Below are positions 36,991 through 49,700 of a DNA stretch of 64,000 nt, one piece after another; position 1 is the first letter of the stretch, and the number at the start of each line of letters is the position of its first letter. The stretch is taken from positions 579,100 to 643,099 of the forward strand of contig CAJFCJ010000011.1 of NCBI GenBank assembly GCA_904063045.1, written 5' to 3'. A program made the translations under genes and the position numbers. Origin of the DNA: Dimorphilus gyrociliatus. Lineage: Eukaryota > Animalia > Annelida. The notes beneath the pieces are model-generated. The model had not been told where the DNA came from and made no database searches. It saw only the letters and a program-made list of their open reading frames with translations.

Positions 36991-38065
36991 TTATTCTATC
37001 GACTCTTCCCTGTTCATAGTCGTTAATGCTCTTTTGAATACCTCTGAGACTTCTCTAGGCATTTGTTTTCCATATAATCGAATGTATCTACATAAGGTTA
37101 AACCTTGGACAGAGTTAGGATCTACGCCTTCGGGCCATTTTTCGGAATTAAATACTTTCATCATTGTTGACAAAGTCAGTCCAACGTTTGATGCTCTTCT
37201 GAAATTCTTTTCTTCCTCTACTGGAGGAGGTGTTGCTTTCCTAACATATGGTTTGGCTGTTTCTGTGATTGTAGAAGAGTTATAAAGTTTACAATTGGCA
37301 CATACAAAAATAATATACCATATTTAGATATATTTTCGTATAAAGTCTCTTTCTTCAAGTCTAAGTTGTCTATAATGCCAGTTTCTTTCTCAAGTAATTT
37401 TTTTCTTTTATATTCCTCTCTGCGTTTTGAAGGCGGTTCTTCCCATTGTTTTCTTTGAAACACACCCTCGCTAATCAAACGACCAGTCGAATCTTTCCTA
37501 TACAATGGAAGAAGTTCATTATCTAGTTGCTCTTTTCGCCTTATTTCTAAAAGTCTTCTTCTTCTCATATTCTCTTGCGCTATTGAATCATTTTTAATAG
37601 GTGAATTCTTGTTACTTCCATTAAAGGGATGAGCCTTCAACCAATTTTCAACTTTTTCCTTCTGTTCAATTCCCTCTAAGCTGTCGAAACGAAGTATAAT
37701 ATATTTTTATTTAGCGAACTTTAGAGAGTTTATAATTGCGATAAACTGATTTAAGTGAATCATAAAATTCTGCCTTTTTTTAATAATAAAATATTAATAT
37801 ATCTCTACCGTATTCTTCTTTCTATCTTTTTTCGCTCTCCAGCTAATCTGACCATTGCAACGTAAACATTTTGCTGTAGACGTTCAATTCTTGTTAAAGC
37901 CGCATTCTGTTGATTAAACCAACAGTCAACAGACTGTGACAGCTTTGATTTTACCGCTTTATTCCTTCCAACGGTTGTTGGATGAGATTCACTAATAAGT
38001 GGTCTAACTAGTCCATGAAGGTTGTCTCCACTCATTTGGGAGCGTTTGTACCTCATCGCTGCCAT
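36991..38065 (-). CDS. Basic coiled-coil protein, 3 exons, unidentified (possibly mitochondrial/ribosomal-like)
   Basis: Exon 1 is MAAMRYKRSQMSGDNLHGLVRPLISESHPTTVGRNKAVKSKLSQ... Exon 2 reads KAHPFNGSNKNSPIKNDSIAQENMRRRRLLEIRRKEQLDNELLPLYRKDSTGRLISEGVFQRKQWEEPPSKRREEYKRKK. Exon 3 reads ...MMKVFNSEKWPEGVDPNSVQGLTLCRYIRLYGKQMPREVSEVFKRALTTMNREESIE*. Its 3' end lies only about 70 bp from the 3' end of the convergent plus-strand gene ending at 36922. Confidence 0.35.
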
Positions 38066-38771
38066 ATTTTGAAATACTCTTTGGGGGCAAAAAGTTTGAG
38101 AAGAGGGAGTAAGCACGACCTACCAAACAAAGATTTAGTTAGTCAATTAAAATCCAACAATAAGAAAGGCCAATATTCGATATATATAAATGAGATTTTT
38201 ATTGCAAATCTGGTAATCCGTTCAATCGTACTAAAAAATACACTGTAAACACATTTTCGTGCTTAAAATAAATACAATTCTTTCAGACTAGTGCATTTGA
38301 AAGAATTTAAAAAAGTACTGCAGCGCTCTTGAGAGAGAATTAACTGTATGATATGTAATTAAATGGTATATACTACAGACATAAAACAACGTTTTAAGCA
38401 AATATTTTCCATAAATTCATAATATCCCATTATCCTAAGCTATTTTTAATTGATTCAATAAATAAACTTAGTTTTATGAACGCTTGTGATAAAAATTGAG
38501 ATTTTCCATATAGCAGAATAATGTAAACTTAAATAATTCAAAAGATCATTCGGCTGTACATTAAGAATTGAGTTTTTCTCCTATTTATAAATATTAAACT
38601 TATCCTTTATTACATTTTTAATAGGCTTAGTGATCCTTTAAAATAAATTACACAATTACAAAATATAGCGTCATTATACCATCACTTTTAAATTTTAAAT
38701 TTCAGCTATTAAAACATCGTTTAACACCATATCAATATCTTTCGCAAAAAAATTATCACTAACAATATACT

Positions 38772-40076
38772 ATGACAGACTGTCCCTGCAAAGAAGACTT
38801 ATCCAAGAGAACAAAGAACAAATGGAAAATTTTCTCGAAAAGAAAACCCTTCACGAATGAAAAAAAAGATAAATGCAGCGTTTGCACAAATATGTTCAAT
38901 GCTTGTTCGATATGCCAAACACCAGTGGTACAGTTTCCTATTGTTTTCCAGCCGACAGAAATACGAGGAGGTAGTTCAGTTAATAGCTTCAAAGCTATTC
39001 TAGTACCAAATGTCGAAACTTCTTCAAAGACACTTTTCCAAATCAATTTAGGACAGTTTATTTTTGATTATCATACTGTAGAGATGGTTGAATTGAATTA
39101 CGAAAATGAAAATGCTAGAGTTATCCTATATTGTACAATAGGGTTACAATCCGGTAAGACAAATTTTAATGGTTATGCTGTTGAAAAAGATCAAAAGTTA
39201 ACCCTAATCTGTACCTGGCGATCAAAGGAAGATGCTGGAAAATCTTTTAAAAGACAACTAAACATTAAGCCTTTTGTAGAGGCTAAAACAGATCAATATG
39301 TTGAAGATGATGATGCCTCATTTCATATACAACTTAGACCAACTGGTTTCATAGAAGACGATGAAAATATATATCAAGTTGATGATAAAGAGAGGAGACC
39401 TATATCCGTCTCAATTGAAATGGACTCAGATGCTAAAATATTTGACGAGGAACTATCAATAGTTCATCACAACATGAGTCGGCATGAACCAGGCGTTTGG
39501 AGCTGGAAAAGGTTTCATAGAAAGACGTCTAATTCCTTAGATGATAAACCAATCGTTTGTTCCCAATTTCAATATCAAGGTTTAGAAACGTTTCGTCGAC
39601 CAGAAACATTCATTCGCATTGTTAGCGATACTATCGATGAAAAACTAATAAGGGCGGCCGTTACCGATAATCCCATTCTTTTAGCCGTTATAAAGGCGTT
39701 CGAAGTAAGGTTATCAGAAGCAACTGTAATAAATATTGATGAAATTATTAAAAGACAATTTGAAGCCGTGCTTTTTAAACCAAATTCATTTAAAGAAATT
39801 GTTTATAATATAGACATTGAAACACCTTCAAGGGAGCGTCAAAAGTATGTTACCATTGTTTCGGAGCAAACGAGTGGAATTATTAACACGGAAACCGTTC
39901 CACTAACTTATATTGTTAAAGAAGATTCCTCCTCCTTTGAAGATGGTCTTCAAGTTGTCAACAAATCAGAGGATTCTCTAGACGATAATGAAATATATAT
40001 TATGGTTTCAGAAATTGGTTTTACTGAAAACAAAGTTCTTTTGAAGATACTGAATCCTTTTAAATACTTCAAGTAG
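38772..40076 (+). CDS. 434-aa intronless ORF with a Cys-rich N-terminus (CPCKED...CSVCTNMFNACSICQTP), unknown family
   Basis: A long uninterrupted ORF has a genuine ATG at 38772. No recognisable motif beyond the N-terminal Cys cluster. Confidence 0.4.
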   Translation: MTDCPCKEDLSKRTKNKWKIFSKRKPFTNEKKDKCSVCTNMFNACSICQTPVVQFPIVFQPTEIRGGSSVNSFKAILVPNVETSSKTLFQINLGQFIFDYHTVEMVELNYENENARVILYCTIGLQSGKTNFNGYAVEKDQKLTLICTWRSKEDAGKSFKRQLNIKPFVEAKTDQYVEDDDASFHIQLRPTGFIEDDENIYQVDDKERRPISVSIEMDSDAKIFDEELSIVHHNMSRHEPGVWSWKRFHRKTSNSLDDKPIVCSQFQYQGLETFRRPETFIRIVSDTIDEKLIRAAVTDNPILLAVIKAFEVRLSEATVINIDEIIKRQFEAVLFKPNSFKEIVYNIDIETPSRERQKYVTIVSEQTSGIINTETVPLTYIVKEDSSSFEDGLQVVNKSEDSLDDNEIYIMVSEIGFTENKVLLKILNPFKYFK

Positions 40077-40300
40077 GTTGCATTTTGTAAATACTCTATT
40101 AATTTTTTATTAATTAAAGATTATAATTTTTTATTCAATTAAGAAAAAACTTAAAGGAGTGTTTACCTACTCATGCTTCCAATTTTATAAGCGTCCTCTC
40201 CTGGGTACTACAGAATTACTGGATATCAGGCGAAAGAGAGGATGGTTTATGCAATGATAATCGAACAGCATCATTTTGCTGGAGACGTACATCAACTCCA

Positions 40301-42303
40301 ATGAATAAGCATATGTGGAACGAAAGAAATGCCAGATCAGATGGAATAGACTTGGGAGCTATATGGAGGTCTGATTTGAAAAATGATATTGCTATGGACA
40401 CGGAAAATCAGTCCAGAGGAGAAAATGAATTTTGGACAGAAGACTTTGGTATTGTCGAGTTAAGGAATAGTGCATTTACTTCGGAAGAAGTTAAAACTTT
40501 ACCTACTTCTATTAAGGAAGAGACTTTTCCAGTTGTTGTTGACCATGAATCTCTACGTGCCGAATCAGTGTCACTTGAGGATGCTGTCTCGACTAATTTG
40601 AATAATGACCATGTTGTTTATGACGAACGGGAACAAGAAATTGACGAGAGGTTTGATGTAAAGGTCTCTCCGGAGTCTAATTTCGAAGAAGATTTGATTC
40701 TTGTCAATGATTTGGAGCCATCACTCATAGAATCTTTAGATGATAAAAACGATTCAAAGATTCCAACGATCAAAATTAAAGAGGAACTTGGAGGGACATA
40801 CTCTATCTTGTCCGAAACTGACCAGGAGAATAAATTGGTAATTGAAAATGAAAAGAATACATCTATCATTGAAGGGAGTAATTCTCTTAAACAATCGTTT
40901 AATATTGATGAAAGTGCAAATAGCATTCAACAATCGAAGGAGAAAGAGGCAATTAACATTCGTGAGGAAAATTTGATAATTAATGAAAACCCAGCAGAAA
41001 ATAACGATAAAGACGATAATGCTATGATCCAAGACAATATAGATGATAAGACATCTCCGAAAAGTCCCTTAGCCCTTGAAATAAAAAAAGAGAAAAAAAA
41101 CAAGCGTAAATTTTGGAAACGAAATCATAAGCCTTCAAACATAGAGGATAAATCTTCCAGAGAAGACTCAAAAAGACGATCTAAAAAACGAAATTTACTT
41201 ATCAAATGTTTAATTGGAGGGGGAACAAATTCTTCAATTGATCTCAGTCGACAAGAAGTCAAAGTTAATGAAGAAAAAAAACAATCAGTTATTGAACTTA
41301 TTGATAAGATAAGATCAGAGGAAAATATCTTGAAACCCCAGTCCAAAAAGAGTAATATATCTATGAACTCGTCAAAAACTTCTATTAAATCAAAGAGATC
41401 ACAAGCTCTACTGTCTAACAGACAGAGATCTATGGGAAGTATAAACTTGCTTTCACAGAAGGAAAGAGAAGAGAAGGAGCAGGAGGATAAAAAAAAAGAT
41501 GAAGAAGAAGAGAAGAAAAAAGTCTCAAAATCTAATAAGAAAAAATTTTTTAATTTCAAACCAAGAAAAATTATTACAAAGCATCCTAAGAAGTCAGATT
41601 TAAAAAAACGTGCTAGTGTTCGCCTATCGGAAGGATCTCGAACAGTAAGGAAAGCAAGAGAATGTAATGAAACTGAGGAAGCGCTCTTCACTATGATCTC
41701 ACAGGGAAGTCAAACTGCTCAGAAAAATCCTCATAGTGAAATTTGTGAAAAAATAAGTCCATTTTCCGTTAATGAACCTCAATCCCTCAGGGAAGATATT
41801 GTTAACGAAATAGAACGTCGTATTATTCAAGAAGCTACTTTACATAAATACCTTGCCCTATGGTAAAAACTTAATATTTTCTTATTATTTTACCGTATAA
41901 TGATTTACTACCCAAAAAAACATAGGAGAAACGAAGAGGAAACTAACAAAAGGATGGATCTTTTAAGTGAAATGCTTAAAAGAATGGAAGAAATAGAATC
42001 GGAAATGATGAGAACTAGTTTACCTCCCGCTCAGGCTAAAAAGACAGATCTTACAATGACTGTATTCGAAAATTCTCCACTACAAGGTTTGCTAAATATT
42101 TTTCGATACTTTTTGTTATTAATTTAAACATTTCTCATTATATATAGATTTATACAAAGAATTTATAAATGATAGATCAAAGCTTAAAGCGAAATATGAC
42201 ATGATAACTAACAATGTGCAAAAACAAGCCGTACTTGAAAGCGTGGATGAGATTATTAAAAGTTATACTTTATTTAAGAAGGCATTGGAAGCAAAGATTG
42301 TAT
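40301..42303 (+). CDS. Low-complexity acidic/basic protein. Three exons: 40301-41861, about 41919-42089, about 42146-42303. Unknown family.
   Basis: The 521-aa ORF starts at a real ATG (40301). It ends at a TATG|GTAAAA donor and continues through two short exons (...RNEEETNKRMDLLSEMLKRMEEIESEMMRTSLPPAQAKKTDLTMTVFENSPLQ / DLYKEFINDRSKLKAKYDMITNNVQKQAVLESVDEIIKSYTLFKKALEAKIV*). It is rich in K, E, S and N. Antisense ORFs in this region are low-complexity artifacts. Confidence 0.4.
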
Positions 42304-42342
42304 AATGTGCAAAAGAATAATATCTAATAAACTGTCAATCCT

Positions 42343-42377
42343 CACTCTTTCTCCCTCTCTCTCTCTCTCTCTCTCTT
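42343..42377. repeat. (CT)n microsatellite, about 15 units
   Basis: ctccctctctctctctctctctctctc, direct read. Confidence 0.9.
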
Positions 42378-43016
42378 TTGAAGTATTATCTCAATGAAAA
42401 TAATAAAGTTTTTGTAAATTGTCTTTAATAAAAATTTGAAATGATTATTATAAAGTTTAGGAAAGCGATATTAAAAAAGTTGGTTATAAATTAATATGCA
42501 TTTATTAATAGTAAATGAATAGAAAAATACTTGAAAATCAAATATTTAATCTTAATTAGCAATAACAATTCAATTTGAATTCGTACTCTTTCACCGAGCT
42601 TATTGATCTGTGCCAAAGTACAAAGAATATTTGAATATTATCAATAAAAGGAGAGCTAAAGTATTTATAAAAACTTATACTTATTGTTAAGCCAAACATA
42701 TTTTTTTCTTTTGGTTACAATTGTTTATATAAGTTCAAAGGACTCGTAATAAAAATTGTAGTTATATACGATTATAAACCATTTAATCTACTATACACGT
42801 TATCTTCTTTTCTCTTTTTCTATATTTATCTTTCCAGCAAGTCGTTAAATGTAGCTAAAATCACGAACTGGAATATCTATTTAACGAAGTAAATAAATCA
42901 TTATAAGTTTATAATGAATTTAAATTTTAAACTAGTAATTAATTAAAAACAATAACACAACTACATACATAAATATAGATAATATACGTTTAGAAGATAA
43001 TAGAAATTGATATAGC

Positions 43017-43373
43017 ATGTGTTGGCATACAGAGTTTCAAGGAAGTTCTGGTAAGTATACTTGAATTAAACTATTATTTCCATATTATACATCCATTGGG
43101 ACGTTTCATCTTACTTTATTAGAAGACTTTCAAGAGCGAATTGACAGCATTCGTAAGCCATTTCACGGGCCAATGCTATTATTTGTGGGAATTATAGGCT
43201 CTATTGTCTGTATCTTTATATATAGGTTTACTGTATCCCTTCTAAACATATGTTGTGAAAAAGTTGATAACATTCCTAAAGACGAAGAACAAGAAGTTTT
43301 CTTTCGAGCTTGGTCAAAGAACTTAAAATCTCCACTTAATCGAGATATAAAAAAAGTAGATACAATAAAATAA
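43017..43373 (+). CDS. Small single-pass membrane protein (2 exons), possibly COX16-like
   Basis: MCWHTEFQGSS|EDFQERIDSIRKPFHGPMLLFVGIIGSIVCIFIYRF...KNLKSPLNRDIKKVDTIK* has a GTAAGT donor after exon 1. The N-term, TM and C-term layout loosely resembles COX16 (...TLGYGVPMLLLIVGGSFGL...). Confidence 0.3.
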
Positions 43374-43617
43374 AAAAATATATATGCGAATTGAATATTA
43401 TATCTATTGTCCATTTTATTACAATTTATTTCATTATGCTTCTATTTATGGTAATCGTCATCCTTGCGCAATATTCATAATATTGTCATCATCATTCCTC
43501 TTCAAATGTAAAATTAGAAATCTTGCTGTAAATTTGATAATTTTAAAAAAAAAAACAGAAACAAATTTCGTAACGCCATCTGTATTATTTTTATTGCTGG
43601 AGAGGCCGCGCATGCGC

Positions 43618-43627
43618 ACATGTTTTG
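43618..43627. promoter_or_regulatory. Perfect palindromic GCGCATGCGC (NRF1-type) motif about 110 bp upstream of the MLF start codon
   Basis: gaggccGCGCATGCGCacatg, direct read. Confidence 0.4.
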
Positions 43628-43735
43628 TATATGTGACCAGACTGCCATAAGAGAAATATAAACAGTGATCTATAGAACATTCTAGAAATCGAAATTACAT
43701 ACAGGAAGATAGCTCTACTTGCAAAATAATCCGCA

Positions 43736-44791
43736 ATGTTTGGACACAACCTTTTTGGATCTTTCGAAGGCGATCCGTTTTTCATGTTAGTAATACTTAT
43801 CAGCCATCTTTTGTAGTAATTATGCAAGTGTTCGTATAACCGATTTTCGTCTCGTTTCCAGGGATCATCGAGATCATGTGCGAATGATGAATGATATGAT
43901 GTCTCGACACTTTCAACCTTTCGGACAACAACTTTCTCTTGAGAATTCACGCCCTAACAATCAAAGGCAAATGGCTATGAGAACTCACGATCCCTTTTCC
44001 ATGTTCAATCATATGAACAGCTTCATGGGGAATTTTCACTCAATGTTTGATGAAGTGAACCGTCAAATGGTTAGTAGCTAATTTTCACCCATTTCTATAG
44101 TATTAAAAGAAGTATTTGCAGCGGGACCCAAGTAGAGGTGGAGGTGGAGCAGTCTACCAACAGTCTACTGTAATGACTTATTCGAATGATGGATCGGGAG
44201 CAGCTCCAAAAGTTTTTCAAGCAACTTCAAGCACAAGAACTGGTCCGGGAGGCGTGAAAGAAACGAGAAAATCTGTAAGAGATTCAAGTAGAGGAGTTGA
44301 AAAGATGGCTATTGGACATCATATCGGGGACAGAGCACATATCATTGAAAGAAAAAAGAATACCAAAACGGGAGATATGGAAGAAAACAAGGATCTTATT
44401 AATTTGGATGAGGGTACATAAATTTTTCTCAAAATCCATATTCCTTTAGTAATACACTAATTTTTGTTTAGACGAAGCCCCCGATTTCGAGAGAGAATTT
44501 AGAGAAAAGGCCCATGGAAGTTCCTCCCGTCATCACCATTCTGTTCGCACTGGCAGGTACGGTCATCCTGCTTTGGAGTACACACCATATAAACGAAATT
44601 AAATTAATATAATTTACATTTTGTTTGAAACATAAATTAAGGTGATATAAAAAAAATATGTTGTATTAGGGCTCCTTTTAGTGAGATTGTATGCTAATAT
44701 ACAGTCGCCTTGCCTGGGATTAAGTAACAACATTCTTTTGTTTCAGGGGAGACAAAGTTATGAAATCCCTTCCAGATTCAAGGCGACGTAA
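43736..44791 (+). CDS. MLF: Myeloid leukemia factor homolog (5 exons)
   Basis: Exon 1 is MFGHNLFGSFEGDPFFM (human MLF1 ...SSFEDDPFF). Later exons read ...HMNSFMGNFHSMFDEVNRQM / QRDPSRGGGGAVYQQSTVMTYSNDGSGAAPKVFQATSSTRTGPGGVKETRKSVRDSSRGVEKMAIGHHIGDRAHIIERKKNTKTGDMEENKDLINLDE. These match MLF1 SSVMTYSKIGDEPPKVFQASTQTRRAPGGIKETRKAMRDSDSGLEKMAIGHHIHDRAHVIKKSKNKKTGDEEVNQEFINMNE. Confidence 0.85.
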
Positions 44792-45167
44792 TAATAAACG
44801 CTTTGAACATTGAGAACGAGAGGTATGAGAAAACAAGCATAAAAAACAACTAAAAGGTAAAATGAAGAAGATATTTATTTTATTCAACAGTATTGACTTG
44901 ACCTTACTTGGTATAACTTAAGCAATATCAAATTATTGAAGTTTGTTTTTGCAAACCTTTCTTTTCTCTCTGTTTTTATCATCTGAATCTTTTATGGGCA
45001 AAAATTTATATGTATTTTATTAAATAAAGATTTAAGCTAAGTGATTATTACATGACTGACTCATTGTTTTACTTATTATTTGAAAAGTTAGCAGATTTCA
45101 ATCAAATTGCACTTTTAGTTAACATTTCCAAATGAAGACTAGTTCATATAGCATTTATCGTACAATT

Positions 45168-45708
45168 TTAGTCAGGAATTTGAATGAATAAAGTAGTTTT
45201 ATCGGCGAGATCAACATCATGTAAAGAAAGTTCCATATCTCTCAGAATCGAACGATTATGTGGATTAAACAGTTCATAATTACAAAAGTCTTCATTGGAA
45301 TAATTGGAAGCAAATTTTAATAATTCCAATAGTTTGTCATTTCGGTTGAATCTTCGCTGTATCCGTTCCCCATTAAGAAGCTTCAGCGCAATGTGTAGGC
45401 TATTTGCATCTGGCTCAGATGAAAGATTATAGGGAGTAAACGGTCTTTCACCATTAATATCAGGTAAAACAGAGTAGCGAGATAGAGCGGAACTGGTTGG
45501 TCTTGACTGCACTCGATTGATATCTGAATCGACTTTAAATCATAAATTGTATTTTTACATAACTTGGCAAAAGAGTGTTACCTGAGTCAAGTGATTGTCG
45601 TGACGATTTTCGTCTTCTGAAGTTCCTCCTAGACATATTTTTAATCGGTGGAGGTTCGTTTGGTGGAGTAGGGTTCAATGGGTTATGATGTGGATGAGAC
45701 ACAGACAT
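45168..45708 (-). CDS. Small UBX-domain protein (2 exons)
   Basis: The N-terminal exon is MSVSHPHHNPLNPTPPNEPPPIKNMSRRNFRRRKSS... The C-terminal exon is ...ANSLHIALKLLNGERIQRRFNRNDKLLELLKFASNYSNEDFCNYELFNPHNRSILRDMELSLHDVDLADKTTLFIQ, a UBX-like beta-grasp with R..RRF and TL(F/V) signatures. Confidence 0.55.
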
Positions 45709-46507
45709 TGTTGGAAGTATAATAGTAGAAAATCAGTTATCACAATATTTGGACGGAATATTATAAAGCAGTATCATAATATTAAAAGTTCATTGTCATC
45801 TTTTTTACACTTCAAAAGAGAGTGTAAAAACCAGTTAAGTCGCCATGAATGTTTACGTGCGATACGGGCTAAATATAGTTCTACTTTTATTGTGGTGTCC
45901 TTACAGCATTAATTTGTAAAACAAAACCTTTTTCATTTTCGATTATCTACCTTAAGACTATATTATTTAGGAAAATATTCAAATAATAATAAATTTAAAT
46001 AAGCTGGAAAGACACACACATCTTAGATAAATTTAGATTAAGTATATCTTTAAAAATTTTAATTCCTTTTAAGAAAAAGAGTTAGTTTAGATATGTCAAT
46101 CTTTGTATTTCAAATAGATTATAATTTCTGATTTATGATTTAATATGATATAATAACATTAATACTGTAACGATTATACGCCTTTTAGATTACATTTAGT
46201 TTTTGATAAAATATTATTACAATTTATATTAATTTAAAATATCTAGATATAGATTGCATAACAATCAATCGAAAAAATCATGAAAAATAAATGCAAATAT
46301 TTCAAAACATTATGTAGTATAAAAATACACTTTAAGTTGATTTCTTTTATGGAATCAGTTTGGATTTGGAAATTTCTGTGATTGTTAGATTTCCCTCATG
46401 GGTGCTATATTGCAATGGTGATTATTGGTCATGGAATTTTGTTTGTCCAAGAACATCAGTTTTTTCTTTTTCTTTTTATTTTTACCCTTGTGTTCATTCT
46501 GGAGTTT

Positions 46508-49500
46508 TTAAATTGCAATATTATAAGAAAAAGCTATTTTATGAGTTATTCGGGAACTTACCTTGTTCATTTTCTCGATATTAGAGCTCTTTTTTTCCGG
46601 GAAACCAAAATTATTTTTGTAGTGAAGAACATCTAGATCATCTTTCGTTCGTTTTTCAGGTAGAGAAAATTCCTTTTTTCTTGGTGTAGAATCTATTGAA
46701 TTCCTTCTACGATTTGTATTAGACTCGATAGAACATGTTGATGAAGTTGATCTTATCCTTGCAGATGAATGAGTTGATTGAGCTTTCCCTTTAAATAAAA
46801 ACCATACAATGAAACATATCATAACTTCGAAAAAATGAAAGTGCCATTGACGATCTATTCTTAGATGAGCTTTTTCGAGAAGCATTGTAGCATTTCTAAC
46901 AACAAATTTCAAAGCAACAATTTCTCGATGCGATCGCTCAATTTGTTCTCTTTGCTTTTGTTCTCTTGCAGTAAATGCCTTGGTCATATTAATTATTTTA
47001 GAATTTAACATTTGGTGAGTCTCTTCCATTTTCTTCCGATATCTTTGGCTAAGCTCCTCCAAATATCTAGAGGTTAAATGGAGATCCAGCTCCAACTCTT
47101 TTATTTTACTCCTAAGACGATTTACCGCGGCAAGCTTCTTGTCATAAGGCAATTTAACTGTTCCTTCCTCGGTCTCAGTTTCATCTACTGTCTTTTCCGG
47201 CTTATCTTTGCTTTCATCTGCATATATATGTTGTTCTGTAGCATTTTTCTCTAATTCCTCAACAGACATCGTAGTGTTCTCTTCTAAAACTACAGAATTT
47301 TCAAGTGTTGATTCTATTGGCTTATCTAACTCGCTACTGGATAATGTACTTGATATGTCGTCGTCAACGCTCTTTTCAATTGGAGGATTTGAAACGACAG
47401 AGGTTGGCCTAATTTGGGCAGTGTCTGGACCGAGGGTAGAAGTGTAGACCTCTTCGTTTGATGAGAAAGTTGATTGAGTGGCTTCAATTTCTAAATTCTC
47501 AGACGATTGTGTCGAAAGCACTTGTTCTTGTTTTGATGAAAACAATTCCTTAGTTTCTGTTGACATATCTACAGATGAAGATTTTTCCTCCTCTAAAGAA
47601 GATGAAATAGTTGATGACTCTATTTCAGAAGATGTAACAGTTAATTCAAGTGAGCTTGTTGTTTGGCTTAAGGAGGGCTCAACCACTATTGAAGCAGTAG
47701 GTGAATTTTCTATAGCTGATAATGTAGAAGAATCTGTTTTGAGAAGTATTTCTGTGCTAGATAAGTCTGGTACACTGGACACACAGCAAACAGATAGTCC
47801 AATAAAAATTTCAAAGTATCGGCATAAGAAAACTGAAGGAAAGTATGAACATTGAAAAGATGAGTCAAGATGAACAGGATTTTCACAATTCCAGCATATG
47901 TTTTTTAAATTATCCAGAAAAAAGCCGTGTGTTGCAGATTTGGATATTGCGATAGGAATTTCAGGGCAATTTGTGGTTTTATTTATCACTTTGTTGTCCT
48001 CATTTGTCCCATTTGAACTAAAACATTTAAAAAATTGTGAATGAGAATGTTTGACATCATATACTTACGTTGCATTAGGGGCACAGGGACCAGAAAAAGT
48101 ACCATTTGAATTTAGGGAAGTGGAATTGTTTTCCATAGTTTCATTACTATTAGCAGAATTTTTTGTATTGAATCCATCTTTGCCTCCTTCCTCTTCTTTC
48201 GAGAGCATTTTATGCATTAGGCCTATTACAGTATCCTTCGCTGTTTTAAAAAGAGTAGGAGATTTCTCATTTGGTGGAACAACATTAGCATTGTCATCTT
48301 CCTGATTGTTTTCTACTTGGTCAGGTTCAATTGTATCAGAATCATCATAATCATCTGTTATACCATAAACTCTCAAAACACTTACAGGACAGTAATGCTC
48401 CTTTCCAAAGTGTTCCATCATGTCAATTCTTATATATTTTGTAAAAGTTTCAATACTACTAGGCGGAAGAACAATGTTGAAAAGTTGTACATCCCTTAAC
48501 TCCCTTGCATGAAAAATACCTAAACTTTTCCACTCTTTTGTTGGCCATCTTTCACTAACTTTCACACTGAAAGTCTTTGGCAAGGAACTGAACAATTCAT
48601 AACTTCCTAATTTAATTGCTCTCACAGCAATGCTTTCACAAAGTTCAACAGTAAAGAATTTTTTGGCAGAACAAGGAGAGTTCATGTAGGAGTCCTTATT
48701 TTCAGTTAATATAGCATGAACATTTGATGAATCAGTGTTGGAATTCAAAATTTTTGCTCCACAACGTGAAGATGCATAATTAACACCATTAGTTTTCCTT
48801 TTGCCACTATTTGCACCATTATTGTTTAAAATACCATTTTGGTTATTTGTGTTAGCCACATTTGACTCTGAGGGAGGTAAATTAGTATTACTAGGGGTGC
48901 TATGTATAATAGGACCTTTATTTTTCTCTGCCTCCAACTCTTTCTGTCGCCACTCTTCAAATGATGGCAATTCTTCTTGAGATGATTTAGCTGTTTCTTC
49001 AGCATTAGCTATTGATATTTCATCAGTCTCCTTATTAGGAGATTTTGAAGTACTTTCTTTATCAATAGAACTCCCAGTTTCTTTGTCTACTGATTTATCT
49101 GTTTGAGAGTCAGTCTCCGGTCCCTTAGCACTTTCTATCTCCTCCTTTCCAGTATCAGTATCTACTGTTACAACTTGTTCAGAGATTATTTCCGTTTGAA
49201 TGTCCTCTGTTAGAATTGCTTGATCTACTGGGGAAGATTGAATATTTGGATTGGGAATCTGTGGATCTGATGGAACTGCATTGATGCTGGTTTGTAAAGT
49301 TTCTTCAATTTCTGTTGAAACACTCTCCTTTTTTTCTATATTCAGCGATGGATCGTCTTCTGGAGAGCAAGGTTCGATAATTCTAAGAAAGAATAAAAAA
49401 CATAGCAAACAAGATTAGCATGAACTGTTATTTGAACAAATAGTTACTATTGATTTAATTTATCAAAATAGTGACCAATATTCTAAAGTATTTTAGACGA

Positions 49501-49700
49501 CTAACAATTGTACGAAAGGGATTAAGGCTACTTACTCTACATTTTTTACTGTAGTCTTTTTCTCTTCAGGGTCAATTGATACAGCTTTCCCTCCTAAACC
49601 TTCTGATACAGTGCTTTCAGAATTGGGTGTGGCATCAAACCTTCTTTGAGTGGCATCTGCTCTTTTTACATCTATATCTTCAGCCAATGTATATAACCTT
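46508..49700 (-). CDS. SUCO: SUN domain-containing ossification factor / SLP1-like protein (multi-exon; 5' end approximate)
   Basis: NYASSRCGAKILNSNTDSSNVHAILTENKDSYMNSPCSAKKFFTVELCESIAVRAIKLGSYELFSSLPKTFSVKVSERWPTKEWKSLGIFHARELRDVQLFNI...EHYCPVSVLRVYG matches human SUCO [101 protein letters not shown]...EHFCPLSLIRVFG. An acidic S/T-rich region, a coiled-coil and a C-terminal hydrophobic segment follow. Confidence 0.8.

Noticed and set aside
40618-41691. Minus-strand ORFs of 92-188 aa
   Set aside because: They are antisense to the low-complexity 40301-41861 exon and have an S/F/L-rich composition typical of reverse-strand repeat artifacts.
43591-43950. 119-aa minus ORF overlapping the MLF 5' region
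   Set aside because: The plus strand encodes well-aligned MLF exons with correct splice sites, and the minus ORF has no homology.
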